Source: Phyllosticta citribraziliensis (lineage: Eukaryota). Taken from it: a DNA stretch of 64,000 nucleotides. The notes beneath the pieces were generated by a model. The model was given only the letters and a program-made list of their open reading frames with translations, was not told the DNA's origin and did no database searches. This document shows positions 39,878 to 51,720 of this stretch, in pieces (positions within the stretch are counted from its first letter, which is position 1; every line of letters begins with the position of its first letter). The stretch is taken from contig NW_027117350.1 of the NCBI RefSeq assembly GCF_038025025.1, positions 186,001 through 250,000 on the forward strand. Reading direction: 5' to 3'. The position numbers and the translations under genes are program-made.

Positions 39878-41208
39878 TCAATGGCCGTTTGTTCCGTTGA
39901 CCCCATTGGACCCATTCGATCCGTTGGATCCATTCACAGCCGGCTTGCTTGACTCGGCCAGCTTCGCAGCGATGACGGTCTTGACCTTCTCCACAGGAAG
40001 CTCGGCCAAGGCCTTGCCCGTCCAGTACTTGTCCTGCTGATTGTCAGAAGGCGGTGGCTTGCTGACATCTGGGGAAAAGCTCAGATCCGGGGCCCTGACA
40101 CCGCACAGCGCAGTGGAGCCTCCGCGGGGAAACTGGGGAAAGGCTGGAGGCTTGTCCACAAGACTGCCCAGCAACGGAAGGACCGAGTCGAGTGCGCCAC
40201 ACCTGGAGGGCCGCGGCTGCATGGTGCAATCTCTTGGCTACATGGAACTTTCAACGTACCTGCTCTAGCCCCTGGTAAATCATTGCTTCGGTGCCCAGTA
40301 CGATTTGCCAGTCTTCTCGCTGGCCTATCTCGGCAATCTCGGTCCAAGGACTAGGGTGGTAGCACATTTCGAGCATTGCGCCTTTTTGCGGCTTTTGCAG
40401 AAACGTCTCAAGCACCGCGCGAGCCTGTCTTTCGGTTACAGTGATGGGGGGAAAGTTGGGAACGCATGCGACGATTGCTCCTGGTGCTTCGAGCGCTTCG
40501 GCTTGCTCAACCGTCTCCACGTGCACCAAACCGTCGCCAAAACCGCGCGCTTGACACTCGCTAATGACGGCCGCGACTTCGCTGGCGTCGCGGTTCACCA
40601 GGTAAATTTGGGTTGCCTGCATAAACTTGCGCAGAGCGTAGACAGCGGAGCGGGCCGCGCCGCCGCCGCCTACGACGAGACCTGGACGACCATGGTAGAC
40701 TGTTGATGGCGAGGCGACGTTTTGAACAAAGGCGTCGCGGATACCGATGACGTCCGTGTTGGTGCCCGTGAAGATGCGGCGGCCTGTGTCGGGGTCGGTG
40801 CGGATGAAGAGCGTGTTGCAGGCGCCTACGTCCTTGCCTTCGGGTGTGACAGCGTCGAGGTGCTTGAGAATGGCCACCTTATGGGGCATGGTGACCGATG
40901 CGCCTACGCGGTGTTACCAATGGGAGGCTTTTTGGTTTGCCAATTCTTTTACCAAGACCGGGGCACCTTCCACTTTACATGGAGGAGATACGGGAGCGCA
41001 GCTTGCCCTACATACCGTAGAATTTGGGGTCTTTGATTCGCTCGAGAAAGTCGGCCATGTCGGTCGAGTCGAGTGGTAGTTGTGACCAATTCAGGCCAAG
41101 GTCGTTGTAGACGGTCTGGTGCAGCAAAGGAGACATGGAATGGGCAATTGGGTGCCCAAAAAGGTAGCCATGACGCTCAAGATGGTCAGGAATGGGAGTG
41201 ATCGTCAT
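39878..41208 (-). CDS. qa-3: Quinate/shikimate dehydrogenase
   Basis: [46 protein letters not shown]; introns 40904-41015 and 40034-40259 (qutB orthologue). Confidence 0.92.
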
Positions 41209-41857
41209 GACTGCTGTAGATTGCTGTAGAAAAATATCCAAGAGAGAGGGGATATCAAGAATGCTGGGACGCGTTTAGCGGGAGCGATTGCGCCTAGAAA
41301 AAGGGCCCGACAAACCTGTGCGTTGGAGGGAATTGGCACAGCAAGCAGCAAAAGGATTCTGCCGTGTATAACTACTCTGACGACGGTTGACAGGTTGGAC
41401 CCTGGCGTAGTAGCACTGGTCAGGATTCGCCAATCGCTTGGCTCGGGTAGAAGATGACGGTGGGCGAGGGCTGCGACCTGGGGGGGTTTTCATTCATCCC
41501 TCGGAAAACCAAACTCCGACACCGCTTCCAACGTCTCCAACTCGTCTTTTTCCCCACAAACATGCATCATGCGCCCCAGATGGCCGAAAGGGCGCCGCCC
41601 AGGCGACGCTCTGGCCCACACGCTGCCCTGGACTATTCCCCGGCGCCGCACGTGGGCCCGACGCCAGGAAGAACACAGTCAACCTACTCATTCTCCAACC
41701 CACCGGCCTTGGGATAAAAAAGACTCTGCGCTCCCCGCCCCAGGCCTCTCAGTCCACTCTTTGACTCATTCTCCTCGACCTGCGCGAGATCTCTGTCCAC
41801 CCTGGCGCCAACCACGGAACCTCGTTGAGTCTTGAAAAAAAGTCTTCCTAGGCCACC

Positions 41858-43770
41858 ATGGCCATCCTCAAAGTCGTCGAGGACCGCCCTACGCCGTCCG
41901 CCGTCTACAACTGGCGAGTCTACGCATTGGCCGCCGTTGCTTCCTTTGCATCATGCATGATTGGTTACGACAGCTCCTTCATTGGTACCACGATCAGCCT
42001 CTCCTCCTTCAAGTCTGAATTCGGACTGGACAAGTTGAGCTCCTCGCGCCTCGCCATGGTCCAGGAAAACATCGTCTCCGTCTTTCAGGCCGGCGCATTC
42101 TTCGGATCCCTCTTCGCCTACGTCAGCAGCTACTACTTCGGCCGCAAAATTTCGCTGCAGATTTTCTCGATGGTCTTCGTCGTCGGTTCCGCTCTGATGC
42201 TCGGCGCCAACGGTGACCGAGGCCTCGGGCTAATCTACGCTGGACGCGTCCTCGCTGGCATCGGTACTGGTGGTGCGTCGAACATGACGCCCATCTACAT
42301 CTCCGAACTCGCTCCGCCTGCTGTTCGCGGTCGTCTTGTTGGAATCTACGAGGTTGGCTGGCAGATTGGCGGTCTCGTCGGCTTCTGGATCAACTATGGC
42401 CTGACCGAGACCATGGCCCCGAGTCATACGCAATGGCTCATTCCCTTTGCCATTCAGCTCATTCCCGGTGGTATGCTCTTCTTGGGTGCTTTGTGGCTCA
42501 AGGAGTCACCCAGGTGGCTGTTTTCTCAGTACAGGAGGGACGAAGCGTTGAAAAACCTTTGCTGGATTCGCAACCTTCCTGTCGATGATGTCTACATGAT
42601 CGAAGAGGTCACCTTTATTGAGAATGCCATTGAGGAGCAACGTGCCAATCTTGGTCGTGGCTTCTGGAAGCCCTTCAAGGTAAGTCGGATTCTGTCGCAT
42701 ACGAGCCGCTCCATATTGACCTATTGTTCCAGGCTGTTGGCCGCTCGCGCTCGATCCAGTGGCGCTTTATTCTCGGTGGATCGTTGTTCATGTGGCAAAA
42801 TGGATCTGGGTATGCACCCTTTTCCCCCTCTTCCACCCCCTCTTCCCCACACCCCCTCCCCCAACGACAACCACTATCACTCATCACCTTTACAACGTTT
42901 TATTAATTGCATTAATACTAGTATCAATGCTATCAACTACTATTCGCCAACTGTCTTCAAATCTATCGGTCTGACAGGAGAAAATTCATCTTTCTTGACG
43001 ACCGGAATCTTCGGAGTCGTCAAAACGGTCGTAACTTTCATCTGGCTTTTTTTCCTCATCGACAACGTTGGCCGACGCAATATGCTCCTCATCGGTGCAA
43101 CCGGCGGGAGTCTTTGCATGTGGTTCATTGGTGCCTACATCAAGATCGCCAACGTCAGCGGCAACACCGCAAGCGAGAATGCCGGAAAGGGACTGGACAG
43201 CGGTGGCATTGCAGCCATCTTCTTCTTCTACCTTTGGACCGTCTTTTACACGCCTTCCTGGAACGGAACTCCTTGGGGTGAGTTGGAATCAATGATCGAA
43301 TGTTTCCGATCAACGGCTAACAACACCACCAGTCTACAACTCTGAAATGTTCCCACAAGAAGTTCGGTCTCTTGGTCAAGCTTCAGCTGCCGCAAACAAC
43401 TGGCTCTGGAACTTCATCATCTCCCGCTTCACGTAAGTTGCCCTCCCAAAGTCAAAGAATCGCCACTGACAAATTATTCAGCGCCCAAATGTTCCTCAAG
43501 ATGGAGTATGGTGTCTACTTCTTCTTCGCCAGCCTAATGATCTTCTCTGTCGTCTACGTATGGTTTCTTGTGCCAGAAACCAAGTCTGTCCCACTCGAGT
43601 TCATGGATAGACTGTTCGAGATCAAGCCAGTCCGAAAAGCCAACAAGGTTGTCATGGGCGAGCTGCGCGAGACCGACGAGAGGCTCCGACACGATGTCGA
43701 AGACACAGGACTCTCGGTGCAAAAGCCGGAGGAAAGGTACATCGAGAAGGTGCGCGACGATGAAGATTGA
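41858..43770 (+). CDS. qa-y: Quinate permease (MFS sugar-porter family)
   Basis: VEDRPTPSAVYNWR, YISELAPPAVRG, ESPRWL, INYYSPTVF and PETK motifs; 4 introns (qutD orthologue). Confidence 0.94.
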
Positions 43771-44310
43771 GAACAATCACCACGCTACGATTTTGACGCG
43801 AAATTAACGTTGATGAAATAGGAAGGAGGATCAAGCTCGGAAGAGCTTGGAGGGTGACAGATGTGTACAGTCGATTGTGTTTCATACTTTGGGATGATAG
43901 ATTCAGCCGCCCTCTGTAAATCAGCGCGGCTTTTACGACACGAAATGTACAAATTCATTCAAAAGAAATCTACGAAGCCTATACATCCCAGTCGATGAGC
44001 AAGCTGAGAGGAACCCCCTGATTTTCCAAGTCGCAAGCGGACGAGGATTAGCTGCTGCTCTGGAAACACCATGCATGTTTCTACAACTCCCCTTACCGGT
44101 ACTTGGAACACGACGAAAGCTCCATGTCTTCACATTTGAAGATGCAGTGAAGACATCCATTCTCCAATGATGGCAAGCATATGCATCCTCCTTGCTTCAC
44201 AGTTGGAATCAGATGTAAGAAAGACAAAGCTTGAAATTTTCGGAAATCGCTGACAGTCAGTCATTTCTAGAAAATGTTCGAAATTGAATTTTTACTAAAC
44301 TCAAAAGCTC

Positions 44311-45500
44311 TCAGAGCATGCTGCGGACTTCCACAGTCCTGTCCAAGCCCTTCGACCCCAAAGCTTTCTTGATAGCGACAGCAACTTTGACGGCGGAGAG
44401 ACCATCTGCACCTGTGCATCGCGCTTTCCCTTCCCTTCTCAACACGCTGACGAGGTTCTCCACTTGCAAGTCGAACGGTGCCTTGGCCTCCGCCTCAGAC
44501 AGCAGGGTATCAAGCGCAATCGTTTTCTCAGTAAGCGGGCTGGACCACGACTTCTCCACGGCCGGCGCATACGACGTCATGCGCAGATCCGGAACGCTCA
44601 ACGAGGCGTCGGTGCCAAAAATACGGTAAAAGTCTCTCCCCGTGCGTGGGATGAGCGGGTTTTCGCCTACAATCACATAATCAACATCATGTCGTCACTT
44701 TCTTGTCTCAAGCGCTGCAATCCACCATTGACGACGCGCGTAGGGAAGGATTTTTGACACTTACCCGTGCCCATCTCAAACCCATGTCCGCTGACGACGG
44801 CATCACAGCACACAAATGTCCCAACGACCCCACTCTCAAACCGCAGCAGCACGGCTGCCCCCTCATCCGCCTCGAAGCCCCTCGTCTTCGCCGTCTCCTC
44901 CGCACTGACGCGCTCAACCGGGCCAAACAGGTACTGCAGCACGTCGACGTCGTGGATCAGATTGATCCAAACGGCGCCAGCGCTGCGGCGCCAGTCGGTT
45001 GGCGGGTCGAAGTAGCCTGGCGGCTTGAACAGTGTCCACAGACCGGACACGGCGATGACTCGGCCGAGCCGGCCAGACGCAATGATGCGCTGAGCTGCAG
45101 TGACGAACGGATTGAAGCGTCGATGGTGCCCTGTGAGCAAGTGCAGGTTGAGTTGTTCTGCGTGGCGGACTAGGGCTGAGCCGCTGGCGACGTCGATTGA
45201 CAGTGGCTTCTCGCACACGACGTGTATTCCAGCGTCGAGCAGCTCGGTCGACACGGCCACATGTGTGTGGTTGGGAGTGCACACAATGGCGGCCACTGGC
45301 TTGTCCTGAGACGAGACCATTGCCTGGATCGAAGGATAAAGTGGGACGCCCAGATCCGAGGCCACCTTGGCCGCCGACGGATTGGGGTCTACGATGCAGG
45401 CGAGCGTGGTCGAGGTGTTGGATATGACCGACTGGGCGTGGCGTGGACCAATCAACCCAGTCCCCACAACGGCGACAGGAAACGGATTTAGTGAAGGCAT
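44311..45500 (-). CDS. Gfo/Idh/MocA NAD-dependent oxidoreductase, QutH-like
   Basis: VVGTGLIG, TPNHTH, CEKP, GHHRRFNP, INLIHDVD; intron 44667-44764; lies inside the qa cluster. Confidence 0.85.
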
Positions 45501-45837
45501 CTTCAGAGGCTGCATGAATCCTTGTTCCAAGAAACTTTAATCAGTAGATGACAATTCTGTATGTCTACTCCAAGCAACTCTGTGTCTCCGTCGATGATTG
45601 CGCCAAGAAAGCTGACAAGCCAAAAGTGACATCCACCCGACACGACCGAAATAGGCAAGTGTGTGGAGTTGAGATTTCGCGGACTCCACGGGAATTGCAG
45701 AAATTACTCATCTTTATTATATGCGCGCAGACTCATCGTGGGGAAGCAAGTGATCAACTTTAGGACTCCCATTTCCCCAGAGTGCAGGACTATTGCTTGC
45801 GGGGCCGCGAGGTGATCATGAAGGGAGTTGGGTAATA

Positions 45838-46271
45838 GAGGTCATTAGCTACTTGGAATCAGGACCTGACAACGCCGATTATCCCTTAATTAGGCAAGAA
45901 CAAGGCACTAGCGCATTACCTTTACAGGTAAAGCGTAAAAAAGTTGTCGGTGGGTCCGACAAGTTTGTCAGACCCACCGACAACTTTTAGCGCCAAAAAA
46001 CTTTCCTAAGCAGGCTTAGCGCAGCTAAACGCGGCTTAGTATAACTCTACATAGTTAAAAAACTACTATTCTAGTAGTTTACACCTACCAGCACCTCTGA
46101 AAGTAAAAAGTAAGACACATAATATACTTTAATACCCCTAATATTTCACCCAAAGTCTTTTTTTCCCTGTAATTTTAGGGTCATATTTTAGCTGCCAAGA
46201 GTTCTGCACTAGGCCAATTTAGGACAGTTCGTAAGGTCTCTTGTCAGTGGGTCCAAGTAGCTAATGACCTC
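45838..46271. mobile_element. Non-autonomous TIR element (434 bp) with TA flanks and AT-rich interior
   Basis: Perfect 20-bp TIR GAGGTCATTAGCTACTTGGA at 45838-45857 and 46252-46271; TA on both sides. Confidence 0.88.
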
Positions 46272-46897
46272 TAATTGGGCCGAGCGGACCGGCAACCGAC
46301 GCGAGGCATCCGGGGACCGAGCGGGATGTGACCAATTGGGCTGACATCTCGGAACAATCTTTAACCCTCTGCACCTCCCCCGGCCTGAAGTGCGCAGTGC
46401 CTGCTGACATCACTGCACACCTAACACCATGACATTTTCCAGGTCGTTGGAATTACGGTTTGTCTGCCCCTGGATGATGGACCTGTGTGCGCAGCGGAGT
46501 AATGATTGCCAGGCTGCTCCTGCCAGCCGGAACGGCCCAAAGGCTGCATTCCGCTGAGCTCGTGTTTCTACAGCATACTTTTGGCGCAGATATATCTCTC
46601 AGCTCTTTCGCCTCTTGGTTGGGAAAGAGGAAGGCCACTTGATTTGTCGACGGGAAAAAAAAAGAAGTACTCAGGCCCCTTTTTCAATTCAGCCAGGCCA
46701 GCTAGACACCACGTCTCGAAATCCACCGAGCTGATCTGGACTCTTGAGATTCCATCCAACGCAAGCATTAAAAAACACCCGACGTCCAGACATTCCGCAA
46801 ACAAATCATCGAAAAGAGAGCTCCACTTCTTCGACCATCGACCTCTCCACCACCAGCCATCACTGCTCTTTCAGTTATCGATCACGACTCACCAACC

Positions 46898-47962
46898 ATG
46901 CCGTGTCGCGCCGCCATATCGAGCATGTCGCTCGGCCGCGCCTGGGTGCACTCGTTAAACGCCAAACTCGACCAATGCGCGGCCCACGGAATAAAAGGAA
47001 TCGAATTCTTCTACGAGGACCTCGAGTATCTGGCGCGCGAATTCCCCGGCGGCGCGACTGCCGCCAACCAGCTGCGCGCCGCCATGCTGATCCGCCAATG
47101 GTGCGACGTGCGCGGCATCACCATCATCTGCCTCCAGCCGTTCATGCACTACGAAGGGCTCCGAGACCGCAGCGAGCACGCGTCGCGGATCGAGCAGATG
47201 CGGCTGTGGATCCGGCTGGCCAAGGTGCTGGAAACGGACCTGATAGCGATTCCGTCTTCGTTCCTGCCGGCCTCGCAGGTCTCGGGCGACGTGGACCTCA
47301 TGGTCGACGACCTGCGCGAGGTCGCCGACATGGGCGCCCGCGAGTATCCCCCCATGCGCTTCTGCTACGAGGCCCTCGGCTGGGGCACCCGCGTCGACAG
47401 GTGGGAGCAGAGCTGGGACATTGTCCAGCGCGTCGACCGCCACAACTTTGGCCTCTGCCTCGACACGTTCAACATTGCGGCGCGCATCTACGCGGACCCG
47501 GCGGCAGAGAGTGGCAAGACGCCCAACGCCGATGCCGAGGTGCATGCCTCGATACAGCGCCTCGTCGCCGACGTCGACGTCAGGAAGTTGTTCATGGTGC
47601 AGCTGGTCGACGCCGAGAGACTCGCCAGTCCGCTACGCGAAGGGCACGAGTTCTACAATGCAGAGCAGCCGGCCCGCATGAGCTGGTCACGAAACTGCCG
47701 CCTCTTTTACGGCGAGAAGAACGAGGGCGCCTATCTGCCTGCCAAAGAGATCGCCGAAGCCATCATCCACGGCCTGAAGTACGAGGGCTGGGTCAGCGCG
47801 GAGCTTTTCAACCGTTGCATGGCGTACGAGGACCCAGAGACGCCTGCGAAGCTTGCGCAGAGGGCGGCCGTGTCGTGGAAGAAATTTGTGCGGGACTTGG
47901 GCATCGAGGACGGCGACGCGGTACCGACACATCACTTTTCTGAGCCCCATCATCGGTTGTGA
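46898..47962 (+). CDS. qa-4: 3-dehydroshikimate dehydratase
   Basis: AISSMSLGRAW, GIEFFYEDL, CLQPFMHYEG, YEALGWGT, LCLDTFNI and RMSWSRNCRLF (qutC orthologue). Confidence 0.93.
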   Translation: MPCRAAISSMSLGRAWVHSLNAKLDQCAAHGIKGIEFFYEDLEYLAREFPGGATAANQLRAAMLIRQWCDVRGITIICLQPFMHYEGLRDRSEHASRIEQMRLWIRLAKVLETDLIAIPSSFLPASQVSGDVDLMVDDLREVADMGAREYPPMRFCYEALGWGTRVDRWEQSWDIVQRVDRHNFGLCLDTFNIAARIYADPAAESGKTPNADAEVHASIQRLVADVDVRKLFMVQLVDAERLASPLREGHEFYNAEQPARMSWSRNCRLFYGEKNEGAYLPAKEIAEAIIHGLKYEGWVSAELFNRCMAYEDPETPAKLAQRAAVSWKKFVRDLGIEDGDAVPTHHFSEPHHRL

Positions 47963-48670
47963 TAGGGCTGTGGTATGGCTGTGGCAATTTTAGCGTTCTT
48001 TTCTTTTACAAGATACCACGTGAAGCAAGCACACTTTCAACTCATGCCGGCTATGATTTCCCTGTCTGTGACATCAACTGCTGTGCGTGCTCATGATCAT
48101 CCAGAAACGCCAGAAAATATGTCTCAGAGACTCTCCTACCCGCTCCATGCAGACGAATTACAAGCAATGCAACCCAAACGATCTCCTGTGATGCCAAAAT
48201 GACTTGATCCGAAAGGCATTGATGCAGACAATATCTCAAAGGGGTACCATGCGTCCGTTACAACTGCAAAATTACACAGTCCTGAAACTCCCACACAAGG
48301 AAACCTTGCACCTTCGTGGGCCAGAAATGCTGCATCCTCGGAAGACTGAATGAACATGAAGATTTGTGGAAAGTGGATGAGGAGGATGATGATGAGCAGG
48401 GTTTGATTGTCGAGGATGGGGCTGATGAGGAGCGTTCCAGCTCGACGAGCAGCCACCCAAATCCTGAGGTGTATTACGGTCGAATGTTCTGAGTCTTTCC
48501 GTCAAGCTCACTCGCGAGATCGTTCGAAACTATTGGGGTCTATGTGTCATCACTTCTTTCATGAATACAAGAGTCCATAGGCGAAGATTCCGAATTGCGC
48601 CAGACTTTTGAAGTTGTCGTGAATTGAGTTGGATTAGGTTTTAGTTCTAGCTTCAGGCGGCGGCATCAAA

Positions 48671-51091
48671 TCATGTCGACTCAGACGGTCTTCTCTGATC
48701 ACCGACGGGAGGCTCCAGATTGCCGGAGTGCGACGTATTACCGCGTCCCATGAAAGATCCGAACACCGAATCGAGGCCGCTGTAATCCGGCGTCAACACG
48801 TCGGACAGGCTCATGTCTGGCGCAAAGCCGAGATTTTGCATGAACTGCGGCTGTCGATCCAAGCGCTCCGGCCCCTCGAGCGTGGCGAGCTCATCGAATA
48901 GCGCGTCGAGGTCGTTTGGGCTCGTGGCGGTAAAGCGCTCCATGCTGGATGGCTGGTCGTTGGTGAGGCTGGCTGCAGGCTGCTTGTCCGGCGGAGCGAG
49001 GGACTGGATTGTGTTGCGGCGCGTTGGGAAGCCCGTCTGCTGCTGGACGTTGCCGAGGACTTGAGTGTACTCGGGGCTCATGAGGTCGACGGCGTTGTTC
49101 TTCAAAGTGAACGACTGCGGACTGTACGATGCGGATATGGAAGACTGGTTCTGCGAGGCGGGCGAGGGGTAGGGAAAGGCATGCGATGTTGATGAAATTG
49201 CGCTCAAGGTTGAGTCGTTTGCAGCCTGAGCTTGGGTGTTGTTGCCTCTAGGGTTTGTTCGTGGCTTCTCGTAACTTCGCCATAGACTTCTGTAGTTGGT
49301 CAAGAGCGAGGTCCACTTGCTTCTAATCTCCGGTGGAAGTGCCTCGAAAGCGCCGCTCCGTCCAGCCAAGCTGATCATGGGACTGAAGATGGGGAGCATC
49401 GCCGGCGTGCCGAATGCGTTGGCATATCTGAGCAAGGTCTCGACAACTGCTTCGACCGGTACTGCTGTGGGAACGGCAAAGGCCATGCTAGCCAAAAGGT
49501 AAATGAGGCGGAGACCAAAAAGAGTGGGAGTGGGAGCCGGAAGCTGTTGGTTCGTGTAGACAGCTTTCAGAGATGGAGGTATGCTGGAAATCCACTGTTG
49601 CAGGTGCATTGATGCGGCGTGGCCATCCAGTGAGCCCCTGAGGACGTCGTTGATGACAGTCAAAATCCTGACAATGTTGTTGAATGTGCTGATTGTGTGG
49701 ACAGGACTACGATTGTATTGAGCTGGATTCGAGGTGCTTGGTTTGAAGTCAGGGCAGCCCACCCATGGATGCCATTCTTCCAGGCCATCTTCAGCAAGAA
49801 GGCCTACGCGAGTGACATGCTCTCTCTTCAGAATTGGCTCTCGGCCCAAGTGCGCCGATACGATTGTGTCAAGCGCGAAACATGCCAGAAAGACGTGCTT
49901 CTCCCGAGGATTCCGCTCTTCTGAGAATGGGAAATTGTCCGCCCGTTGAGTGCTGTTGTGCAGGCCGAGGAGCATTCCGATGCGAATAGCATATCCAATC
50001 TGTAACCAAGCTGCTCGTGACCGGTCTGCTCCAATGTTGACCAGCGCAAGTAGCAAAAGTGCTTTGACGTGGCCTATTTCATGAGACCCTTGCTCGGTGG
50101 GAATCAAGTCTCGTGCTGCGTTGTAAATGTCGTTGGGTTGTAACTGGGAGTTGTCGTTTGTCGGTTCCGGATTTGAGTTGTTCGAAGTGGCAGCGCATTC
50201 CTGGACTGAAGCTATTGCAAGAATCGCCCAAAGTTCAGCGTGGTCGCCCGTCCCCATTCCTTTCGAGCTCAATTCGAGCCCCTCCTCCGGATAGGAATAA
50301 GATATCTTGAGTATGTCGTGCTTTTCGGCGATAGGAAACCAGCTGTGGGTGTATGCGAAATAAACATCAAAGAGTCTCCATAAGTTGGATGGTAACCTGA
50401 GTTTGGTGGGATTGGTGAGTGAAAATGAGGACCTAATCTCAAACCCCTGATACTTGCTCGGGGACCCCAAATGCGAAGCAGCATCACCAAAGTTTTTTGG
50501 GGCCGCCGGGTTCAAAGAAAGGCTCTGCGTTGCTCCGTTCGGCGACTGAACAGAATTGTCGGCTGCAAAGTCGTCGTCATCTGGCTTTTCGTCGTCTGGC
50601 GATGTCGGCGAAAGCGGTCTATCTGTGTCCGGGGCCACGTCTGTGCCAGACAAGACTTTGTCGATGTTCTTGCAAAAGCTGCTTCTTCTCCATTTTCTAT
50701 GCAGCTTATTGGAGCTGTCACTGTCTTTGCCGAGGAGGAGGGCGCGCCCATCGGACTGGTTGAGGAAGGATACCAGAGAATCTTCGGCTTTTGGATTGTT
50801 CGAAAAGGTCCAGGCCAGGGCTAGCTCCAGTGTTCGTATGTATCCGGGTTGGATGCCCCTTTTCTTGGGATTCGCCGTGTAGGAGCAGTTGCGGTTTGAA
50901 GATGCGCAAGTAAAACAAATGGGCTGGATGCCATCGCACTTTTCGCGAGCAGCTCGACACTGGTCGCAGGCTCTTGATACGCGCTGGCGTTTTGCGGGAG
51001 CTGGGTTTTCTTGCCTGGCTTGTGCATCCGTGGGTCCAGTGGCATTGGTGCCTTTCCTTTTCCCTCTTTCCACGCCGTCAGTGCCTGCCAT
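48671..51091 (-). CDS. qa-1F: Zn(II)2Cys6 quinate-utilisation activator
   Basis: KRQRVSRACDQCRAAREKCDGIQPICFTC...KKRGIQPGYIRTLE; C-terminal FMQNLGF activation motif (qutA orthologue). Confidence 0.93.
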   Translation of the reverse strand: MAGTDGVERGKRKGTNATGPTDAQARQENPAPAKRQRVSRACDQCRAAREKCDGIQPICFTCASSNRNCSYTANPKKRGIQPGYIRTLELALAWTFSNNPKAEDSLVSFLNQSDGRALLLGKDSDSSNKLHRKWRRSSFCKNIDKVLSGTDVAPDTDRPLSPTSPDDEKPDDDDFAADNSVQSPNGATQSLSLNPAAPKNFGDAASHLGSPSKYQGFEIRSSFSLTNPTKLRLPSNLWRLFDVYFAYTHSWFPIAEKHDILKISYSYPEEGLELSSKGMGTGDHAELWAILAIASVQECAATSNNSNPEPTNDNSQLQPNDIYNAARDLIPTEQGSHEIGHVKALLLLALVNIGADRSRAAWLQIGYAIRIGMLLGLHNSTQRADNFPFSEERNPREKHVFLACFALDTIVSAHLGREPILKREHVTRVGLLAEDGLEEWHPWVGCPDFKPSTSNPAQYNRSPVHTISTFNNIVRILTVINDVLRGSLDGHAASMHLQQWISSIPPSLKAVYTNQQLPAPTPTLFGLRLIYLLASMAFAVPTAVPVEAVVETLLRYANAFGTPAMLPIFSPMISLAGRSGAFEALPPEIRSKWTSLLTNYRSLWRSYEKPRTNPRGNNTQAQAANDSTLSAISSTSHAFPYPSPASQNQSSISASYSPQSFTLKNNAVDLMSPEYTQVLGNVQQQTGFPTRRNTIQSLAPPDKQPAASLTNDQPSSMERFTATSPNDLDALFDELATLEGPERLDRQPQFMQNLGFAPDMSLSDVLTPDYSGLDSVFGSFMGRGNTSHSGNLEPPVGDQRRPSEST

Positions 51092-51720
51092 GGTGCACCT
51101 GTGATACTAATGACAGGCGCCAAGAACATGCGGTTGCAATTGCGGGTGTTTGCTGTGGTATGGCCTTCTACCCAGCTTTTCAGAAGTGGGCGGCTGGCAG
51201 AATGTTGGATGCTGGTGGACTGGGTCAGCAAGATTTGCCTGGGCTCAATTGGAGATACGCGGCTTGCCATTGGTTGAGGAGAGTGGGCATCACGGGGATG
51301 GTGGAGAGTCGGGGTCAGCTTGGCTGTGGTGATTCCATCATGCGGGGTGAAGAGTGGAGACCTGGGGAAGCCGACGCTGCTTGGACGGGCCGTTGTGCGC
51401 CACGGCCACCCCCGGCGGCTATTGTCTTTTCCACCCACTCAGCTCCCCTCAGCTCTCCATCTCGCGCCTGGCCTTCCCTTTTCTGCTCTGCATACCTTAC
51501 CTTTCTGACAGGCCTTGCGTCTGTGCCATCGCCAACCCTGATGCTCCATACGAAGTCTTGCTTTGCCGAATGCCCCGTCTTGCTCCCCAGGTGACCACAG
51601 CTGCGACCGACAGACTGGGCGCCTTTTGTTACGCCAGACTGGAAATGAGGCCGTAGACCATGCGGATTTCTCTTCCGACGACCTCGCGCACAAGTTTCCG
51701 ACTCAAACTGCTTCCTCACC

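Noticed and set aside
47975..48520. Gene remnant between qa-4 and qa-1F
   Set aside because: Only short interrupted frames and an acidic-looking stretch; no recognisable homology.
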